Source: an uncultured archaeon (GTDB lineage Archaea; Asgardarchaeota; Lokiarchaeia; Sigyniarchaeales; Promethearchaeaceae). Taken from it: 32,000 bases of DNA. The stretch's first letter is position 1. Every line of letters starts with the position of its first letter. The position numbers and the translations under genes are program-made. The stretch is from the NCBI GenBank assembly GCA_964426185.1, contig CAYRPF010000018.1, positions 5,136-37,135 on the forward strand, written 5' to 3'. Shown here one piece after another: positions 27,421 through 32,000 of this stretch. The notes under the pieces are model-generated. The model saw nothing but the letters and a program-made list of their open reading frames with translations. It did no database searches and was not told where the DNA came from.

Positions 27421-29985
27421 ATGAGAAAAAACTATTGGGTGCAGATCTACGTACTATTTTTATTTTACATTGCTTTTTCAAGCCAGATATTCATCTCCAG
27501 TTCTGGTTATTCTAATTCTTTAAATGAAAATAGTTCAAATCATGTTTTAATTGTTCCTATGGTGGACTATACTCTTGAAAATGAATTAAACTTCAATTTT
27601 ACGGTTCAAGAAAGAATTTCAAGGCAAGATTCATGGTATCACAACCAGCAGAGTGCTTCGATTGAAATTCCGGAAAATTACTCTCGCGTTTTATCCGAAT
27701 TTGTGGTGCAAGTCCGAAACGAATCTATTTATAAACCCGAAACGAATACAAACATTTCAACTTACTTACCGAACAATCAGCGTTATGCTCAGATGGTTTA
27801 TATTCCTGAAGAAATGGATTTAACCGGTATTTCACTTTATTTAACAAAGAAAAATAACCCTACAGATTTCATTTTTGAACTTAGATCGGAAAATCTAACG
27901 GGAAAGTTGATTTTCAGACAATTATATGCTTTTAGTGGTAATTATGAAGGTTGGTATGATTTTCAATTGAATGATTATGTTCATCTTCCAAATAATAATT
28001 TAATATTCATTATAGAAGCTCAATCAGGTCAAAATTACAAAAAACTTTTCCGAAGTCCATCGGGGGAGAATGTATCGAAAACTTGGTATTACGATGGAAC
28101 GTGGAATATAGCAGATTATGATATACCTTTAAAGTTAAATGTAACGAAATTTGTATCACCTGAGTCTGTGGACTTAAGAATTGACAATATTCCTGTTGTA
28201 AGCGTGGGTAATAATTTGGGAAAGGCTTTTATTGAAAAAATAGTTTTCGAAAATTTGGTTAATTTGACCTTTAATTCAAATGCTTCAGTTAACATTTCTT
28301 ATTCTGTGAATTCCACTTTTATTGATGAAAAATCCCTCTCTTATAAAATAATTCAAGAAGGGAATTTTTTCAAATGGAATTTGACTATAAACCCGCAGAA
28401 CCATTCATATCCTTATACAGATTATCAGATCTACATTGAGGGGTTGAAATCCGATTATTCCAATTTTGCGGCGTGGAATGATAACTACATTGTGGATTTT
28501 CAAATTCTTGCTAACAACATAGTCTTTTCTAACTTTCCCATTACGATGTTTTCTTTTACCAGCATAAATTACCTGGAAACCATAAATATTCCAGATTATT
28601 CCGCTAATGGGGATGAAATACAAATAAATGCCACCAGCAGAGCCGTTGGAAATATTTCTTTAAATATTTATGCTGATTCTTCTCAAAATACCCCAATTTT
28701 TCAAGATAATCGTAGCTTTCAAAACAGAGTTAGTTTTCTCTTTACTATTCCCATTAGTACTTCTAGCGAATATCTTGAGATTGAGTTAATTTATTTTGGA
28801 AATAATGAATTTGGATATCTTAAGGTTCCTTTAAGCGTTTTTCAAAAAATGGAGATTTTATCCACCGATTATAGGGTTAAAACTTTTGAAATGTTAAATA
28901 TAATTTGTCAAACTCGAGATTATTATAACCATAATGCAGTTACTGAATGCAAAGTTCATCTCCATCTGGAAAATCTCGACATTCCCATGAACCACACTGA
29001 AAATGGTTTTTATAAAGTTTCATTAGACCTTAATCAATTAAATCTGCCAGCGGGAGCATATAACGCAATAATCAATGTTCAAGATGAGTATTTTATCTCA
29101 AATCAATCTGAAATTGTAATAAATGTGGAAAAAAGAGATGCCACTATTAGGATTATAAAGGAACGCAGTACCATCCATCCAGGTAAATCAATAAATTGGA
29201 AGATCCAACTTTTTGACAATGAAACTCAAAAATTCTTGCTCAGAACAGTAAAAATAAATACTCAAGTGACTGCAATGGATGGACATAATCAAAGCGGTGT
29301 ATTGGATTATCAATCCATCGAAGAGGTAAGTCAAGAAGTAGATTTAACTTTAGATATTCCCAAAACTGCTGAGCCCGGTGCCTATCAACTTCAAGTGGAA
29401 ATTATTAGTGAATATTACTCCGGAATAAAAGTATTCCCTGAAATTGTTCAGGTTGTCAAACCAATTGGTTGGTATGTTTATATTTCAATTTCATTGGGAT
29501 TGGTAGGAGGGGCGTCCATGCTTCTTTATTATTATCAAGAAAAGGTAAGACGGTCTTTGTTTGGTGTGCTTATACTTCATTCAAACGGATTACCTTTAGC
29601 CTATAAACTTTCTGGGAATCTTTTAGAAAATGATGCAGTGTTAATCTCGGCGGCTCTCACAGGAGTCATCTCCATCATGAAGGAAATTACCGGGTCAACC
29701 ACAAGAATCATTCAAATTGAAGGTGGTTATATAATAATCACAAAGATGGAAGATTATTGGGTGATTCTTTTTACAGCTAAATCTCCGATAATTATTCGCC
29801 CTATAATTTTAAAATTTATCAAAGATCTCGACCAAAATTATGTACCGAGGGAAAAAATGAAGCATCCTCGTCCTTTTTATGTAGATTTTGACTCTCTTTG
29901 CCATCAATATTTTCATTGCACCATTGATTTGAGAGAAGAATCAAATAGTAATTCCATTACTGATAGTGATAAGCAAAAAGAATAA
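27421..29985 (+). CDS. Large surface glycoprotein with C-proximal TM and cytoplasmic longin/roadblock-like domain
   Basis: N-terminal signal; beta-rich ectodomain with about 20 N-x-S/T sequons; TM at ~29464-29535; tail ILHSNGLPL..LISAALTGVISIMKEI. Confidence 0.75.
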   Translation: MRKNYWVQIYVLFLFYIAFSSQIFISSSGYSNSLNENSSNHVLIVPMVDYTLENELNFNFTVQERISRQDSWYHNQQSASIEIPENYSRVLSEFVVQVRNESIYKPETNTNISTYLPNNQRYAQMVYIPEEMDLTGISLYLTKKNNPTDFIFELRSENLTGKLIFRQLYAFSGNYEGWYDFQLNDYVHLPNNNLIFIIEAQSGQNYKKLFRSPSGENVSKTWYYDGTWNIADYDIPLKLNVTKFVSPESVDLRIDNIPVVSVGNNLGKAFIEKIVFENLVNLTFNSNASVNISYSVNSTFIDEKSLSYKIIQEGNFFKWNLTINPQNHSYPYTDYQIYIEGLKSDYSNFAAWNDNYIVDFQILANNIVFSNFPITMFSFTSINYLETINIPDYSANGDEIQINATSRAVGNISLNIYADSSQNTPIFQDNRSFQNRVSFLFTIPISTSSEYLEIELIYFGNNEFGYLKVPLSVFQKMEILSTDYRVKTFEMLNIICQTRDYYNHNAVTECKVHLHLENLDIPMNHTENGFYKVSLDLNQLNLPAGAYNAIINVQDEYFISNQSEIVINVEKRDATIRIIKERSTIHPGKSINWKIQLFDNETQKFLLRTVKINTQVTAMDGHNQSGVLDYQSIEEVSQEVDLTLDIPKTAEPGAYQLQVEIISEYYSGIKVFPEIVQVVKPIGWYVYISISLGLVGGASMLLYYYQEKVRRSLFGVLILHSNGLPLAYKLSGNLLENDAVLISAALTGVISIMKEITGSTTRIIQIEGGYIIITKMEDYWVILFTAKSPIIIRPIILKFIKDLDQNYVPREKMKHPRPFYVDFDSLCHQYFHCTIDLREESNSNSITDSDKQKE

Positions 29986-29999
29986 AGTGATTCAATCAA

Positions 30000-30566
30000 T
30001 TAATATTTGATTTTTTTACTGTTAACTTCGCAAGGTGATCGCTCACTATGCTTCATCCGGAGTTTCGCTTGATTTGTATGATAAACATCATGAATCTGGG
30101 AACGGATAAATTTTATATGGTCCACAAAATCGATCTCTTGCTGCTGCAGATAGTAATCTAAGAGTTCTTCTAAAATCTTTTTCTTTTCCAAAAAATAAAA
30201 CAGAAAATGGATTGTCGCTGGAATTGGATATTGTAAGAATTTATTTCTTTTTCTCTTAGTCCGCATAAAAAGCCTAATTTGATCGATAAAAAGCCGAGTT
30301 TCATATTCTAATATCTGAATAGCACTGATCTTCACTTCTCCTGAAGTATTTGAATCTGGGTTGATATAATCTTGAAATGCTTTTTCGATCCTTGAAGAAA
30401 AATAGTTTTCGATTCTTTGTAATTCATGCATGCTTCGTTGGTAATCTTCCCGGTTTTTGGTTCGAAAGCTCTTCATTGTAAATTCTAATAATTTGGGTAA
30501 TAATTGATGAAATTTTTCTGAGGAGATTTCGCTCAAATCTGCGGGAAACATAAAATTCAACAACAA
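30000..30566 (-). CDS. Hypothetical helical protein
   Basis: 188-aa ORF filling the gap; no motif recognised. Confidence 0.6.
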   Translation of the reverse strand: MLLNFMFPADLSEISSEKFHQLLPKLLEFTMKSFRTKNREDYQRSMHELQRIENYFSSRIEKAFQDYINPDSNTSGEVKISAIQILEYETRLFIDQIRLFMRTKRKRNKFLQYPIPATIHFLFYFLEKKKILEELLDYYLQQQEIDFVDHIKFIRSQIHDVYHTNQAKLRMKHSERSPCEVNSKKIKY

Positions 30567-30682
30567 CTATAAATTGTTTAAATAATTAAATTACTTATTA
30601 ATCTTTCCCATTTATATCTTATTAATATAGTATTGTTTTTCCTCCGAAAATGGGGAAATTCAGAGGAAAAATAAAGCTTTTG

Positions 30683-31918
30683 TTAACGTTTTAAAAAAAG
30701 TTCTTTTTTCAATTGTTCTTCATCGATTTCTAGCCCTAAATTTTGTAGAAAAAATCTATCACTTCCTGAAATCGAATTCGAAGGACCCATTATAATTCCA
30801 CCTTGCAATTTTTTTTCTTCTATAAGAACTTTTTTACTGATAAATTTCTCTGCATCCGTATTTTCGATAATAATTTTGCCGTCAGAAAGATTTTCAGTTG
30901 AAAGGAGTTTTCCAAAACAGCTTAAGTTTAATCCAGCTACCTTCAAACGAGTACTCCAAAAAGTCCCCTGATATGGGTCTTGTTCAATATTAATTATACT
31001 TTTTGCAGCAATTTTGGCTTGTTCTAAACATGCTGGGATAATTCCCCAAATTGAACCGTTAAATTGGATGCAGTCCCCTGCAGCATAAATGTCTTCTTCG
31101 CTGGTTTGCATAAAATCATTAACAACAATCCCACGTTCAACTTTCAGTCCTGCGTTTTCAGCTAACTTGGTTTTAGGAATTATCCCCATTTGTTGAAGCA
31201 CCATTTGACATGAAATTGTGTTACCAGATTCGAACTTTACCCCGGTGACGTGTTCTTCTCCTAAGATTTTCTCGGCTTTCTCCCCACATATAATCTGCAA
31301 TCCCTTATGTTCTAAATATTCCTTCAAAAGCTTTGCAGTACCGGAATCCAATTGTCGGGGTAATAAATAGGGTGCAATTTCGCATATCATTATTTTTAAG
31401 CCGAGTTCGCTTAGATTATAACCCAATTCGATACCGAGCAATCCTCCCCCCAGAATCATTAATTCTTTCACATCTTGAGAGCGGATATATCCTTTGATTT
31501 GTTCTGCATCTACTATACAACGAAGGGTGAAAACTCCTTTTACGTTGGGATTTCCAAAAGGTAGTCTACGGGGTTTACTTCCCGTTGCAATAACCAACTT
31601 ATCATAACTCATTATGCCGGTATCATCGGAATTAGAGAGGTGTTTTTGGAATCGAATTTCCTTCTCGCGAGAGTTTATTTCAATCACTTTCGAATTCAAA
31701 TGAAGAAAAATGTTTTTTTTTTCATACCATTCAGGCTTTTTTAATATTAATTTTTCCAGTGAGCGTTTTTCTGCTATAAAATTCGGAAGAAATATTCTGG
31801 AGTAAAAAGGAAATGATTCTTCAGTGAATATATGAATCTGACGATCCTGATCCGATTTACGTATTTCCTCTGCTACTGTTTGACCTGCTACTCCATTTCC
31901 AATGATAACAACGCGCAT
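30683..31918 (-). CDS. FAD-dependent NAD(P)H oxidoreductase (NADH:rubredoxin reductase / NirB N-terminal-like)
   Basis: GNGVAG, ATGS, GGGLLGIE, IYAAGD, LKVAG. Confidence 0.9.
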   Translation of the reverse strand: MRVVIIGNGVAGQTVAEEIRKSDQDRQIHIFTEESFPFYSRIFLPNFIAEKRSLEKLILKKPEWYEKKNIFLHLNSKVIEINSREKEIRFQKHLSNSDDTGIMSYDKLVIATGSKPRRLPFGNPNVKGVFTLRCIVDAEQIKGYIRSQDVKELMILGGGLLGIELGYNLSELGLKIMICEIAPYLLPRQLDSGTAKLLKEYLEHKGLQIICGEKAEKILGEEHVTGVKFESGNTISCQMVLQQMGIIPKTKLAENAGLKVERGIVVNDFMQTSEEDIYAAGDCIQFNGSIWGIIPACLEQAKIAAKSIINIEQDPYQGTFWSTRLKVAGLNLSCFGKLLSTENLSDGKIIIENTDAEKFISKKVLIEEKKLQGGIIMGPSNSISGSDRFFLQNLGLEIDEEQLKKELFLKR

Positions 31919-32000
31919 GATCTATTCTGTGCTTAATTTATATGGCATTTAATTAAAATATCTTTATTTATTTTTATTATTGAATTTGCTAATCGAATTT

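Noticed and set aside
410-28623. Numerous 60-136 aa ORFs in the track overlapping larger genes (e.g. 410-679, 8953-9309, 20382-20660, 25573-25983)
   Set aside because: Antisense or off-frame shadows of well-supported CDS; no motifs.

Overview
AT-rich, gene-dense archaeal window, most likely from an Asgard archaeon (Lokiarchaeia-like). This is inferred from archaeal core genes (csl4, rpoL, psmB, rfcS, archaeal-type gltX, METTL5) occurring with an Arf/Rab-like small GTPase and a large glycosylated membrane protein with a longin/roadblock-like cytoplasmic tail. About 30 CDS; no rRNA, tRNA, CRISPR array, transposase or integrase was recognised. Most notable observations: (1) an unannotated unit downstream of psmB with a TATA-like box, two micro-ORFs (17 aa and 10 aa, the second with a GAGGTGAT ribosome-binding site) and a terminator; (2) a ~105-nt multi-stem element upstream of psmB; (3) an M29 aminopeptidase homologue apparently lacking its metal ligands, paired with a DUF885 protein; (4) a receptor-like surface protein; (5) a remodelled csl4-DUF2067-rpoL-RNase III-DUF99 cluster; (6) an MtxX 'methanogenesis marker' coupled to a zinc-ribbon CPBP protease. 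All family calls come from motif recognition by eye, not database searches.
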